From: Nitrospira sp.
GTDB lineage: Bacteria; Nitrospirota; Nitrospiria; Nitrospirales; Nitrospiraceae
Length of the DNA: 64,000 nt
Direction of reading: 5' to 3'
Assembly (NCBI GenBank): GCA_035495295.1
Contig: DATJGE010000103.1
Location: 8,468 to 72,467 of the forward strand
Positions 1-10,173 of the stretch are shown here, piece after piece (within the stretch, counting starts at the first letter, position 1; each line of letters opens with the position of its first letter). The notes below the pieces were generated by a model. The model had not been told where the DNA came from, searched no databases, and was given only the letters and a program-made list of their open reading frames with translations. Both the position numbers and the translations under genes were made by a program.

Positions 1-267
1 CAACACCGCGGCGGCCGCTTTTGAGATGAGATTCGTATGATCCGTCGCCAAGCCTTCCATGTCGCAGGTCAGCCGGATGCCGCAGCGAAAGGGTGTTACA
101 CGCATCCGTAAATCGTCTTCAAGCGCGACCGTGTGCATGAGGGACCACAGATTGTGGTACAGATCCGGGCGGCGGTCCAAAATGCGGAGGATGAGATTGA
201 TTTTTGCGGGAGCGTGAACGGTGAGAGAGACGTCGGCAAGCGAGGCGGCTGACTGACCTTTAGTCAC
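1..267 (-). CDS. ispE: 4-diphosphocytidyl-2-C-methyl-D-erythritol kinase, 5' part (runs off window)
   Basis: Not in the ORF track. Manual translation from GTG at 267 gives ...VHAPAKINLILRILDRRPDLYHNLWSLMHTVALED...TNLISKAA, the IspE N-terminal PAKINL/YH motifs. The start overlaps the end of pilR. Confidence 0.9.
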   Translation of the reverse strand, partial: MTKGQSAASLADVSLTVHAPAKINLILRILDRRPDLYHNLWSLMHTVALEDDLRMRVTPFRCGIRLTCDMEGLATDHTNLISKAAAAVL

Positions 268-1645
268 GGCCTCCTTTTATAGCATACTTCTCCAACCGAT
301 ACCGGAACGACCGGGTGTTGAGTCGAAGCAGGCGGGCGGCTTTCTTCTTCACCCATTTCGATCGTTCCAAGGCTCTCATCAAAAGATCTTTCTCGATGCC
401 ATTGATGAGGCTCTCAAGATCCAGCCCTTCCTCGGGAAGATCGGTCGGCACAACTTGAGACTGTTGCGGCGTGACCGCACGATGCAGCCATCCGCGGACG
501 TCTGTATCGGTCACAGATGGGCCGGTCGAAAAGGCTACGACTCGTTCGATCAAATTCTCGAGCTCCCGGACATTGCCCCGCCACTCATGGCCAAGGAGCA
601 CATGCATCGCTTCCGGAGTCAGTGTGGGAGCCACCTTTCCGCTGTCGTGCGAGAATCTCTCGAGGAAGTGCGAAACGAGCAAGGGAATATCCCCCGCCCG
701 AAGTCTCAGCGGCGGTAGGCGGATCGGGATGACGTCTAGCCGATAATAGAGATCTTCCCTAAACGATCCATCGGCGACGGCCTTCTCGAGATCGCGGTTG
801 GTGGCTGCAATGACGCGGACATCTACCTTCATGTCTTGATTGCCGCCGACACGTCGAAATTCCCGCTCCTGAATCACACGCAACAGCTTGACTTGAATCG
901 CCGGCGTGGTGTCGCCGATTTCGTCCAAAAAAATCGTTCCGCCGTTGGCGATCTCGAACAAGCCGGCCTTGTTCGCCACGGCGCCGGTGAAGGAGCCTTT
1001 CATATGGCCGAACAGTTCGCTCTCGAGCAAGGTTTCGGGGACGGCGCTGCAATTGACCGCGACGAAGGGCATCGGGCTGCGGGCGCTGTTGTAATGGATG
1101 GCGCGGGCAACCAATTCCTTTCCCGTTCCGCTCTCCCCGCAAATGAGGACGTTGCTTTTCGAATCGGCCACCTTACGGACGACGTCGAATACCTTTTGCA
1201 TGGCTTCGCTTTGCCCGACGATCTGCGCAAAGGAGGATTGGCTCGCAATTTCGCGCTTCAGCAGCATGTTCTCGGTCGAGAGCCGTCGTTTCTCAAGAGC
1301 ATTGCGAATGATGAGTTGGACTTCGTCGACCTGAAAAGGTTTGGTGAGATAGTCGTAGGCGCCTTGTTTCATCGCCTCCACGGCGGAGTCTGCCGTGCCG
1401 AACGCGGTCACGACCAGCACGACGGTGTCCGGCGAGGATGATTTCACAGCCTTGAGCACTGCCATCCCGTCGGCTCTGGGCATGCGCAGGTCAGTAATGA
1501 CCAGGTCATAGATTTCTTTGTTGACCTGGCCGATCGCCTGTTCGCCGTCCGAGGCCTCGGTGACCTCGTAACCGGCCCGCTTGAGCATGATGCTCATCAC
1601 TTCACGCAGGCTTTTCTCGTCATCAACGACTAAGATCTTTTCCAC
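260..1645 (-). CDS. pilR: sigma54-dependent response regulator (PilR/NtrC family)
   Basis: REC domain, GESGTGKE Walker A, GSFTGA loop, C-terminal HTH; lies downstream of pilC and pilS. Confidence 0.85.
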   Translation of the reverse strand: MEKILVVDDEKSLREVMSIMLKRAGYEVTEASDGEQAIGQVNKEIYDLVITDLRMPRADGMAVLKAVKSSSPDTVVLVVTAFGTADSAVEAMKQGAYDYLTKPFQVDEVQLIIRNALEKRRLSTENMLLKREIASQSSFAQIVGQSEAMQKVFDVVRKVADSKSNVLICGESGTGKELVARAIHYNSARSPMPFVAVNCSAVPETLLESELFGHMKGSFTGAVANKAGLFEIANGGTIFLDEIGDTTPAIQVKLLRVIQEREFRRVGGNQDMKVDVRVIAATNRDLEKAVADGSFREDLYYRLDVIPIRLPPLRLRAGDIPLLVSHFLERFSHDSGKVAPTLTPEAMHVLLGHEWRGNVRELENLIERVVAFSTGPSVTDTDVRGWLHRAVTPQQSQVVPTDLPEEGLDLESLINGIEKDLLMRALERSKWVKKKAARLLRLNTRSFRYRLEKYAIKGGRD

Positions 1646-3321
1646 GGTGTTCGTCCCTCATGCCACAGGCGCAGGCCGCCTTCTCCCGAACGAGGCAGGC
1701 ACACCACGAACCGGGTCCCCTGCTCTGTCTGGCTTTCGACTTTAATCCAGCCGCCGTGAAGATCAACGATGCGATGCACGGCCGCAAGCCCCAAACCCGA
1801 GCCTTCTTTCTTCGTGGTGAAGAACGGGAGAAAAATCTTGTCCAGATTCGCCGTGGGGATGCCTTCGCCGGTGTCTTGGAAGGAAATTTCAACGACGTCA
1901 CCCTTGCGCCCTGCGGCATCGACGTGACGGCATCCGGTCGTAATCGTCAGTTGCCCGCCCTCCGGCATGGCATCAAAGGCATTGGTGGCGAGGTTCCAAA
2001 ACACTTGCCGCATTTGGTTTTGGTCGACTTGAGCCAAGAGGGAACCGCCCGCCAATGATGTTGCGATGGTAATCTGTTTTCTATTCCGCGCTTCATGTTG
2101 TACTAGATCCAGCGTCTCGGCAAGAATTTTGTTTATATTGTGCTCGGCCAAGTCGAGCGCCGGGGGTCTCGCATACTGGAGGAATTCAGTGATGATGGCG
2201 TCGAGCCTCGTCGCTTCGCGGATCGCGATGTCCATCAGCCGTCGATCGGTCGCATCCGCGACCGATTCCTTCCGCAACATCTGCATCGCGCCGGCCAGCG
2301 CTCCCAAGGGATTCCGAATCTCGTGGGCCATGCCGGCGGACATTTCGCCGAGATTGGCCAGCCACTCCTTGCGGCGCATTTCTTCTTCGAGATCCCGGAT
2401 CTGCGTCAAATCCTTGAACACCCCGACCAATCCATGCGGCTCCCCTTGTTCGTGCAGGGGCGATACCGTCATGCCGAGCACCAGCCGGTTTCCGCCAGCT
2501 CCTTTGCACTCGACCTCAAACCGCGTCATGGGAGGCACGGCATCGACGGGCCCCGCGTCGGAGGACCGGGCCGGATGCCAGTTGAAGATCTCGCGCCAGG
2601 AGCGCCCGAGCACTTGTCCCATGGAGTAGCCCGTTACTTCCTGGGCGGCGGGATTGAACGATGTAATGGCTCCGGTTCCATCAGCCGTGAAGACTCCGCT
2701 GCTGATGCTTCGCACGATGTTTTCATGAAACGCCTGCAGCCGGTTCAATCCCTGCTCTTTCTCGCGCAACGATTCATCGGCGCGATAGAGCTGGTCCGCG
2801 AGGGTTCCGCTCAACAGGCCGACGACGAGAAGAGCCAAGGCATAGACGCTGAAGGTCTGCAGCGTCGTGGCGGGGTTGACCCGCAGAGTCTGGCCGGACC
2901 AGCTTGGCGCAACTCCATAGAGTTGCGCGTTGGTGACGATGCCGAAGACGATGATGCACGTGCAAGCGGCAAAAAGGCCGACACGGCGCTGCGGGATGAG
3001 ACTGGCCACCGCCACGGTGATCACATACAGCACTGCGAAAGGGCTTTCCACGCCGCCTGTGCGTGCCACCAACACCGTTTCCAATAGAAAATCGATCCCG
3101 ACCTGGGTCCAGAAAAACGCCGTGAGCGCGGACGATGTTTTCAGTACGCGCAGGAGAAGCGCGGAGGGAATGGTGAGCGCATAGGTCAGGATGATGAGCG
3201 CGTAGAACGTTTCCACGCGCGCGCCCGCCGCTTCAAAGACAAGGGAAACGGCGAGCATGAGGGTGACGAACCCCACCCGCAGCCCCATCAGCCAATGAAG
3301 CCTGGCTCGCAACACATCCAT
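1630..3321 (-). CDS. pilS: membrane sensor histidine kinase with PAS domain (PilS-like)
   Basis: Multiple N-terminal TM helices, GGVESPF motif, AHEIRNPL H-box, NAFDAM and GSGLGL boxes. Confidence 0.85.
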   Translation of the reverse strand: MDVLRARLHWLMGLRVGFVTLMLAVSLVFEAAGARVETFYALIILTYALTIPSALLLRVLKTSSALTAFFWTQVGIDFLLETVLVARTGGVESPFAVLYVITVAVASLIPQRRVGLFAACTCIIVFGIVTNAQLYGVAPSWSGQTLRVNPATTLQTFSVYALALLVVGLLSGTLADQLYRADESLREKEQGLNRLQAFHENIVRSISSGVFTADGTGAITSFNPAAQEVTGYSMGQVLGRSWREIFNWHPARSSDAGPVDAVPPMTRFEVECKGAGGNRLVLGMTVSPLHEQGEPHGLVGVFKDLTQIRDLEEEMRRKEWLANLGEMSAGMAHEIRNPLGALAGAMQMLRKESVADATDRRLMDIAIREATRLDAIITEFLQYARPPALDLAEHNINKILAETLDLVQHEARNRKQITIATSLAGGSLLAQVDQNQMRQVFWNLATNAFDAMPEGGQLTITTGCRHVDAAGRKGDVVEISFQDTGEGIPTANLDKIFLPFFTTKKEGSGLGLAAVHRIVDLHGGWIKVESQTEQGTRFVVCLPRSGEGGLRLWHEGRTPWKRS

Positions 3322-3394
3322 GAGTTGTCGCGATTACGAGATACCCACGCAGGCGCGTGAGGCGTTGAAGGAGCGGTGCGCCTGCGGCAAGAGG

Positions 3395-4609
3395 TTAGCC
3401 AATCGCTGACGCCATCGTGAAAATGGGCAGATACATTGCAATGACAATGAACCCGATCACGACGCCCAGGAACACCATCATCATCGGTTCGAGCAGCGAC
3501 GTCAGCGAGGCCACCGCCTGATCGACTTCATCCTCATAGAAGTCGGCGATTTTTCCCAGCATGGCATCGAGCGCGCCGGTCGATTCTCCAACGGCGATCA
3601 TGTGAGTGACCATCTTGGGAAACACCTGACTGGCGCCCAGGGGATCGGCGATCGTTTTGCCTCCGCTGATGCTGACACGTGCATTCATCAATGTTTCTTC
3701 AATGACCTTGTTTCCGGACGTTTTTGCGCAGATGGACAAACCGTCCAGAAGGGGCACTCCGCTCGAGAGCAGCGTACCCAATGTGCGCGTGAATTTCGCC
3801 ACGGAGGCCTTGCGGATGAGATCGCCGAACACCGGCGTCTTGAGCAAGAATTTGTCGATGGCCATTCTGCCTTTCGGGGTGGCGTAATATTTTTTCACTC
3901 CGATGACAGCGCCCACAATGACGCCGATGCCGATATACCAATAGGATTGAAAGCCGTTGCTAATATCGATCACAAGCTGGGTGGGACCGGGCAAGCCGAC
4001 TTTTCCTCCGCTGAGCTCATTGAACATTTTTGCGAAGATGGGGATGACAAAAATCATCAAGACCGTGATCACGATGCCGGCGACACCTAGAATCGCAGAC
4101 GGATAGATCATGGCGGACTTGATCTGCCCTTTGAGTTTCATCGCTTTTTCAATGTGCTTGGCGAGCCGGGTCAAAATGGTGTCGAGGAGGCCGCCGACTT
4201 CACCTGCATGCACCATGTTGACGTAGAGGTCGTCGAAGACTTTCGGGTGTTTCCGCAAGGCATCCGAAAACGTGGATCCGGCTTCCACCTGGCCCCTCAC
4301 GTCGCCGACCGTTTCCCGCAACACTTTATTTTCCGATTGTGTCGAAAGGATCTCTAGGCATTGCACGAGGGGCAGGCCGGCATTGATCATGGTACCGAAT
4401 TGGCGTGTGAAGACCACGAGGTCCTTGTCCGTGAGGCCTGACCCGAAGCTCAGCTTGAATCCGCCTTTGCCGAGCTTCTCTTCAAGACTTGTGACGACGA
4501 CACTTTGTTTACGGAGCTGATCGACCGCTTCATCTTTACTTTTTGCCGTTAGTTCGCCTTTTTTTACTGCTCCGGATCGTGTCCGTCCGACATATGCAAA
4601 GGTGGCCAT
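3395..4609 (-). CDS. pilC: type IV pilus inner-membrane platform protein
   Basis: FTRQFGTMINAGLPL, AGEVGG, GESTGALD and LLEP motifs of the GspF/PilC family. Confidence 0.93.
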   Translation of the reverse strand: MATFAYVGRTRSGAVKKGELTAKSKDEAVDQLRKQSVVVTSLEEKLGKGGFKLSFGSGLTDKDLVVFTRQFGTMINAGLPLVQCLEILSTQSENKVLRETVGDVRGQVEAGSTFSDALRKHPKVFDDLYVNMVHAGEVGGLLDTILTRLAKHIEKAMKLKGQIKSAMIYPSAILGVAGIVITVLMIFVIPIFAKMFNELSGGKVGLPGPTQLVIDISNGFQSYWYIGIGVIVGAVIGVKKYYATPKGRMAIDKFLLKTPVFGDLIRKASVAKFTRTLGTLLSSGVPLLDGLSICAKTSGNKVIEETLMNARVSISGGKTIADPLGASQVFPKMVTHMIAVGESTGALDAMLGKIADFYEDEVDQAVASLTSLLEPMMMVFLGVVIGFIVIAMYLPIFTMASAIG

Positions 4610-4760
4610 GGGTGCCTCTTAGCCTTGAGACTCTCTCAACGGCTGGTTTTTTCGGCGAATTACCTACGTGGCGAGTCTACTGGCGAGCTGAAAAGCTGTC
4701 CAACAAATTCAGAAACTCTGCGAGTCGTCCGAGGGTGGCTGGGAATCGAGTGCAGCTCGC

Positions 4761-5297
4761 TCAGGAGGGGGCGGCGCCGACGGATCGATAGCCCCGATAG
4801 AGATAATGACAGCCCGAGGACACCGTAAATGCCACCATGCCGATTAACAGCGGCGCGAGCAGGGAGAGATCCATTTCGCGGGAGCTCAGGAAAATCACCA
4901 GGAGCACGTAAGACAGCTGCAGAAACGTGGCCCCTTTTCCCAGGAACGTCGGCGCGATATCGATGTTGGACTCCGTGAATTGCGCGACAGCGGTTCCGAG
5001 CAACAGCATGGCATCACGACTCACGACAACGATCGTCACCCATGACGGGATCAGATGGATCGTGGACAGCGTGATAAACCCGGAGGTCAGCAGCAGCTTG
5101 TCGGCCAAGGGATCGAGGAATGCGCCCAAGCGAGTTCGTTGATTGGCGGCCCGGGCGATCGTCCCATCCAACGCATCGGTGACTCCCGCCAACAACAACA
5201 CGCCCATTGCGGCATCGAATCGCTCATACACCAGTAAGCCCACGTAAAGCGGAATGAGTAGGATGCGAAGGATGGTCAGGCTGTTGGGGATATTCAT
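4761..5297 (-). CDS. CDP-alcohol phosphatidyltransferase (PgsA-like)
   Basis: MNIPNSLT start and DALDGTIAR...GAFLDPLADK signature. Confidence 0.9.
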   Translation of the reverse strand: MNIPNSLTILRILLIPLYVGLLVYERFDAAMGVLLLAGVTDALDGTIARAANQRTRLGAFLDPLADKLLLTSGFITLSTIHLIPSWVTIVVVSRDAMLLLGTAVAQFTESNIDIAPTFLGKGATFLQLSYVLLVIFLSSREMDLSLLAPLLIGMVAFTVSSGCHYLYRGYRSVGAAPS

Positions 5298-5335
5298 GCC
5301 GTCTTGAAGACGTCCGGCACCGCGATGAGGTGGGA

Positions 5336-5397
5336 ATAATAGGTGGACATTGCAATGAAGTCAACGGCTTGCAGTCAGAGTCCGATGTGCCTATACT
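5336..5397. promoter_or_regulatory. back-to-back sigma70-type promoters
   Basis: Minus strand TTGACT-N17-TATTAT (5364-5336) toward the pgsA-like/pil genes; plus strand TTGCAG-N17-TATACT (5369-5397) toward the 5422 ORF. Confidence 0.55.
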
Positions 5398-5421
5398 GCA
5401 GCCTCCGCGGATGGAGGAGCT

Positions 5422-5739
5422 ATGAATGTACTGGCATCGCTGTTCAAGCGAGACGGACTCGTTGAGAAACATCAACTCGAAGGAGTCGATCCGAGCGACC
5501 GCTACTTCAATCGTGCCGTGTTGGTCAATCGCACGTCCTCGGGATACGCGGCAAAAGTCATGTATGAGGCATTGACCGTGGAGGGGCAATCGCATCCGAC
5601 CATCGCAGCTGCGGTCACTGAACTCGTGCAAAAACTCCAGGCGCTCGGATTCAGCCGGCTCCGAACGAGAGCCAATTTCAAAGGGGCCAAATATCTCGCC
5701 GAGAAAGAAACCTGGACTGAATATTCGGACCCCGCCTGA
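5422..5739 (+). CDS. hypothetical protein (105 aa)
   Basis: GGAGGAG RBS, candidate promoter, fills the gap between minus-strand genes. Confidence 0.75.
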   Translation: MNVLASLFKRDGLVEKHQLEGVDPSDRYFNRAVLVNRTSSGYAAKVMYEALTVEGQSHPTIAAAVTELVQKLQALGFSRLRTRANFKGAKYLAEKETWTEYSDPA

Positions 5740-5740
5740 C

Positions 5741-6865
5741 TTACGCCCCCGCTAATTCGCGATACACGAGGTCATGGATCATCGGCCGGAAGGCGCGTAT
5801 CGCGTCGTTCTTTCTCGACGGATGCACCCGGTTCGTGAGCAGCACGACTTCGAGCTTCTGGTGAGAGTCAATCCATAATGAGGTGCCGGTAAATCCGAGA
5901 TGGCCGAACGACGCGGATGAAAAATGCGTTCCGGAGGAAGACGGGGCGGTCGGCGTATCCCAACCGAGCGCCCAACTCGATCCCGCTGGATACGATTGTC
6001 TCCGGGTGAATTCCCGGACAAGTTGCGGATCGAGAAACGGGCGGTCTCTATTGAGGCACCCGAGCCAGGCACCCGAGAGCGAGAGCACACTTTCTGCGCT
6101 CCCAAACAACCCTGCATGGCCCGCAACGCCGCCCATGGCGGCTGCGTTTTCGTCGTGCACCTCGCCCTTTAGGAGACGTTTTCGCCAATGGTCCCATTCC
6201 GTTGGCGCGATTGACGCATTCGAGCAGGAGCCCTGGGATTGGAATATTGCCCGCGTCCGATTAAAAAACAGCCGTTCAACGCAAAGCGGCTGGATCACTG
6301 CCTCAGTGAAATAGTCATCGAGCAACCTGCCGGTGGCGCGCTCAACGACGATGCCCAGCAGAATAAATCCCAAATCGCTGTAGACCGTTTGCCGCCCGAT
6401 ATCCGAGAGCAGCGGCTCTTCTCTAATGAGTCGTAAGACGGCTTGCCGGACGCCGTCTGGTTTCCCCCGCCCCCAGGCGAGGCCCTCGGCATCCAGCCGT
6501 TCATACAGTGGGCGCCATCCAGGCAGTCCTGAACGATGACTGAGTAAATCCCGCAAGGTGACTCCGCCGATCGGTGCCCCCTTCAACTCGTCCAGCATGC
6601 TTTCCAAAGCGGTATCCAGCTCGACTTTCCCTGCTTGTACCAGCAAAAGCAATGATGTCACTGTCGCGAGCGGTTTCGTCAACGACGCCAGGTCATAGAT
6701 CGTCGAGTTTTGGACGGCTTCGGCGCCGGGCTCCCCTGACAGCCGCCCCGCGGCGACCAGAACTTTGAGTTCACCGCCGGACCGCCCCGCCACCACGCCG
6801 CCGGGAAAGACCCCGTCGCGCACCGCTTGATCCATGGCAGCTTGAATCGTGCCCATGCTCACCAT
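5741..6865 (-). CDS. serine hydrolase, beta-lactamase family (start approximate)
   Basis: SLTK (SxxK), YSD, GEVHDENA, GHAGLF and HLGFTG motifs. Confidence 0.9.
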   Translation of the reverse strand: MVSMGTIQAAMDQAVRDGVFPGGVVAGRSGGELKVLVAAGRLSGEPGAEAVQNSTIYDLASLTKPLATVTSLLLLVQAGKVELDTALESMLDELKGAPIGGVTLRDLLSHRSGLPGWRPLYERLDAEGLAWGRGKPDGVRQAVLRLIREEPLLSDIGRQTVYSDLGFILLGIVVERATGRLLDDYFTEAVIQPLCVERLFFNRTRAIFQSQGSCSNASIAPTEWDHWRKRLLKGEVHDENAAAMGGVAGHAGLFGSAESVLSLSGAWLGCLNRDRPFLDPQLVREFTRRQSYPAGSSWALGWDTPTAPSSSGTHFSSASFGHLGFTGTSLWIDSHQKLEVVLLTNRVHPSRKNDAIRAFRPMIHDLVYRELAGA

Positions 6866-7009
6866 CTGCCAACAGCGCAGGCTGCAAAGACAGCGGCTAA
6901 AACGGCCGGACTGTGCAGTGACTCGAGAAAGGCGGTTAAAAAACGCCGTGCGGCAGAAGGATGGACCGGGTGCGAAGAACGGCTCCCCAAGGGTCGCGCG
7001 TGCATGCTC

Positions 7010-7522
7010 TTACAAGGCCGGGCTCGACTCTCCTTCCAATTTATGCTCGGTATGTGTCGCCCTATCGTGGAATGCCTCTTGTTCCTCGACTTCGAGCATA
7101 CGCTCGAATGTGCGCAAGGTCGCCCTCAGCCGTTCGACCATCAACAGGCGCTGTTTTTGGAGCGCCGACAAGTCATGCTGCGTATTGGAAAGTTCCACCC
7201 GGGCCTGACGGATCATTTCGCTTGCCTTGAGTTCGGCCTCCTTGATCACGAGTTCCGATTCACGCTGTGCGCTCCGCTTGACATCCTCGGCAAGCGATTG
7301 GGCGGAGACGAGCGTATTGGAGAGCGTCATCTCCGTACGTTTCAACTCGGCCAATTGCTGTTCGAGAAAGACAATCTTCTCGCGCTGAACTGCACTCTCT
7401 CGGTTCAGTTCTTCAACGGTCTCGGCGATCTCTTCCAGAAAGCGGTTGACCTCTTCCTTGTCATACCCCCGGAAGCTGGTCTTGAAGACCATTTGTTGGA
7501 TATCGAGCGGCGTCAGTTTCAT
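7010..7522 (-). CDS. divIVA: DivIVA domain protein
   Basis: LTPLDI...FRGYDKEEVNRFL followed by coiled coil. Confidence 0.9.
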   Translation of the reverse strand: MKLTPLDIQQMVFKTSFRGYDKEEVNRFLEEIAETVEELNRESAVQREKIVFLEQQLAELKRTEMTLSNTLVSAQSLAEDVKRSAQRESELVIKEAELKASEMIRQARVELSNTQHDLSALQKQRLLMVERLRATLRTFERMLEVEEQEAFHDRATHTEHKLEGESSPAL

Positions 7523-7538
7523 GGCTGCCCCCTTCGAC

Positions 7539-7835
7539 TTAATTCATCTGGTGTGCGAGATCGCTGAGCGTTTTGACGACGGCAATCTGCAGAAAACTGA
7601 TGATCAGAATGGCGATGATCGGCGAAAGGTCGATGCCCATCTTCCATCCGACCCAACGTCGGATCGGCGCGAGCACCGGCTCTGTGACTCGCTCCAAAAA
7701 TTGCACGATGGGATTCCACGGATCGGGATTGACCCAAGAAATCAATGCCCTGGCAATAATCACCCACATATACAACCAGAGGACGGTGTCGAGCACCGTC
7801 GCCAAACCTTGCAACACATTGCTCATGACGAACAT
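7539..7835 (-). CDS. yggT: YggT family membrane protein
   Basis: SWVNPDPWNPIVQFL...TEP...IDLSP. Confidence 0.92.
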   Translation of the reverse strand: MFVMSNVLQGLATVLDTVLWLYMWVIIARALISWVNPDPWNPIVQFLERVTEPVLAPIRRWVGWKMGIDLSPIIAILIISFLQIAVVKTLSDLAHQMN

Positions 7836-8650
7836 CAGCGGGCAAGCTCCTGTGAGCGCTTGGCAGCCGCTTCAACGGCCCCCATCAGTGTAGCACGGAA
7901 CCTACCCTCTTCAAGCCGATGCAGGCCGGCGATCGTGGTCCCACCCGGTGAGGCGACGCGGTCTTTCAATTTCGCCGGATGTTCGCCCGACTCGAGAACC
8001 ATTTTTGCCGCGCCCAACACTGTCTGCGCCGCGAGAAGTTCCGCCGTTTGCCGCGGAAGTCCCATCTTCACGCCGCCGTCAGCCAAGGCTTCGATGGCTT
8101 GAAACACGTAGGCAGGACCGCTGCCGCTGAGGCCGGTCACCGCGTCCATGAGACGTTCTTCTATCGGAATGACTCGGCCGACCGCTTGGAAGATGGTCCG
8201 TGCGGTCTCCTCGTCTTCCTGCTGGAGCGCTCCGCTCCACGCCAACGCGGTAATGCCTTCCCTCACCAGCACAGGCATGTTCGGCATGGCGCGAATAATG
8301 CGCTTGCAGGCGGCGGCATGGCTTCTGATCGCTTGAATCGTCGCCCCGGCCGCAATGGAAATCAGCAACACCCGATCGAGGTGGCCAGCGAGTTCTTCAA
8401 GCACGGGTGTCAGCACTGGCGGTTTCACCGCAAGAACCACCACATCCGCCCACGCCACAGCCTGACGATTGTCCCCTCCCACGTGCACTCCAAAACGGCT
8501 TTTCAATCGATCGCAGCGCGCTGGTATGGGGTCGCTCACCCACAAGGAGTCGGGACGGCACAGATTTCCTGCAAGCAGGCCTCCGATCATCGCTTCCGCC
8601 ATTTGGCCGCCGCCGACGAACGCGATTTTGTGCGTGAGGGGACTAGTCAC
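7835..8650 (-). CDS. proC: pyrroline-5-carboxylate reductase
   Basis: GGGQM, AVKP, RAMPN, SGSGPAY and SPGGTT motifs. Confidence 0.95.
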   Translation of the reverse strand: MTSPLTHKIAFVGGGQMAEAMIGGLLAGNLCRPDSLWVSDPIPARCDRLKSRFGVHVGGDNRQAVAWADVVVLAVKPPVLTPVLEELAGHLDRVLLISIAAGATIQAIRSHAAACKRIIRAMPNMPVLVREGITALAWSGALQQEDEETARTIFQAVGRVIPIEERLMDAVTGLSGSGPAYVFQAIEALADGGVKMGLPRQTAELLAAQTVLGAAKMVLESGEHPAKLKDRVASPGGTTIAGLHRLEEGRFRATLMGAVEAAAKRSQELAR

Positions 8651-9353
8651 GCCGTCCTCCGAAAATAGCTGTTCCTAGACGGATCAATGTGGCTCCTTCC
8701 TGGATGGCCACCACGTAATCGTTCGACATGCCCATGGAGAGTTCCGTCAGTGAAATGCGCGGAATATGCTGGTTCCTCAATCTCTCGGCAAGTTCTCGGA
8801 GAGACCGAAAGTATGGCCGCGACTCCTTCGCATCACCGACGCGCGGCGGAATCGTCATGAGTCCTTGAACCGCGACGTGCTCGAGCGCCGCCATATGCGG
8901 AAGCGCCTGCTCGATCTCGTGACAGAGAAAACCGGCTTTGCTGTGTTCGTCGCCCACATTGATCTCGAGCAAGATGCGTTGTCGTAAACCGGCGGCTCCA
9001 GCGCGTCGGTCGATCTCCTCTGCCAGTTCAAGGCTGTCGACCGAATGAATCAGTTCAAAGACTCCGACGACCGCCCGAACTTTACGCCGTTGCAGCCGGC
9101 CGATGAAGTGCCAGCTGACGCGCTCTCCCTCCAACGCCTCGATTTTTGGAAGCGCTTCTTGCAGGCGATTTTCTCCGATGATCGTCAAGCCGGCCGCGAT
9201 GGCTTCCCGAATACGGTCGGTCGGGATGGCCTTGCTGGCACCCACCAACCGCACGTCGCCTTCCGAGCGGCCGGCTTCGCGCGCCGCCTTCCGAATCTGA
9301 TCGAAGATGACTGCGAGACGATCTTTGATCGATCCGCCGGCCTCGACATCCAT
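8643..9353 (-). CDS. yggS: PLP homeostasis protein (YggS/PROSC); ATG 9353 preferred as start
   Basis: GENRLQE, WHFIG, GLMTIP, LSMGMSND and RLGTAIFG motifs. Confidence 0.93.
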   Translation of the reverse strand: MDVEAGGSIKDRLAVIFDQIRKAAREAGRSEGDVRLVGASKAIPTDRIREAIAAGLTIIGENRLQEALPKIEALEGERVSWHFIGRLQRRKVRAVVGVFELIHSVDSLELAEEIDRRAGAAGLRQRILLEINVGDEHSKAGFLCHEIEQALPHMAALEHVAVQGLMTIPPRVGDAKESRPYFRSLRELAERLRNQHIPRISLTELSMGMSNDYVVAIQEGATLIRLGTAIFGGRRD

Positions 9354-9418
9354 GGCGTCTGATGGTACGCGCTGATGCACCGGGATCTCGTATTGTATCG
9401 AAATCACCCACGGCGCGG

Positions 9419-10150
9419 CTAGCGCCGAGACACCAAGGCGATCCCATTGAGCATCGTCCCGTTGACTCGTCCCTCGCGGCGATAGGAAAAAAACAGCGAA
9501 GGATGACAGATGGTGCAGACATTGACGACGGTAATCTGTTCGTGTGGAATTCCCGTTTCTGCGGCCTGCCGCCGCACCAGCGCTTTGAGATCCAATCGGG
9601 CTTTGCTGCCTTGGTCGTCATGAAGCAACGCAGGCCAGTCCTGCCGGCCGTGACGCAATGGTTCAAGCACCGCTTGGTCGACCTCATAACAACAAGGGCC
9701 GGCGGACGGACCGATGCTCACGCGGAGGTCGGCCACATCGATTGAAAATCTCGCGGCCATGCGTTCGATGGTTTTCGACACGATACCCGCGAGGGCGCCG
9801 CGCCAACCGGCATGAATGGCGGCAACGGCTTTTCTCCGGCGGTCATACACGAGCACCGGCACGCAATCGGCGGTTCGTACGACCACCGCCACGCCCGGCT
9901 GGTCAGTAATGAGCGCGTCCCATCCGCCATTGAAACGATCGGTTTCCGTCACCGGCCGATCGACGACCAAGGCGTCGTTCCCGTGCACCTGCTTCACAGA
10001 CAGCATCCAAGCATGAGCTCGGGCGGCTGTAGTCTTCGCCGGCACTCCGGTGTCATATGTCACCGGCATCTGCTGACGCGTGCCGAAGAAATGCCTGACG
10101 CCGTCCTTCGCCGACGCGAACGCAGGCACCGTGATCAACGATGCGGCCAT
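9419..10150 (-). CDS. pgeF: peptidoglycan editing factor / YfiH family
   Basis: QVHG, TADCVP, HAGWRG, GPSAGPCCYEV and FFSYRR motifs. Confidence 0.93.
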   Translation of the reverse strand: MAASLITVPAFASAKDGVRHFFGTRQQMPVTYDTGVPAKTTAARAHAWMLSVKQVHGNDALVVDRPVTETDRFNGGWDALITDQPGVAVVVRTADCVPVLVYDRRRKAVAAIHAGWRGALAGIVSKTIERMAARFSIDVADLRVSIGPSAGPCCYEVDQAVLEPLRHGRQDWPALLHDDQGSKARLDLKALVRRQAAETGIPHEQITVVNVCTICHPSLFFSYRREGRVNGTMLNGIALVSRR

Positions 10151-10173
10151 TGGCGACTCTCACCAAACTCAGA

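Noticed and set aside
5741-6865. Beta-lactamase resistance gene
   Set aside because: The YSD and HLG motifs and GEVHDENA fit esterase/amidase-like serine hydrolases. No signal peptide or mobile context.
6866-7009. Possible ncRNA (e.g. 6S) downstream of divIVA
   Set aside because: Only a short imperfect hairpin (GGCG...CGCC); no conserved ncRNA features recognised.
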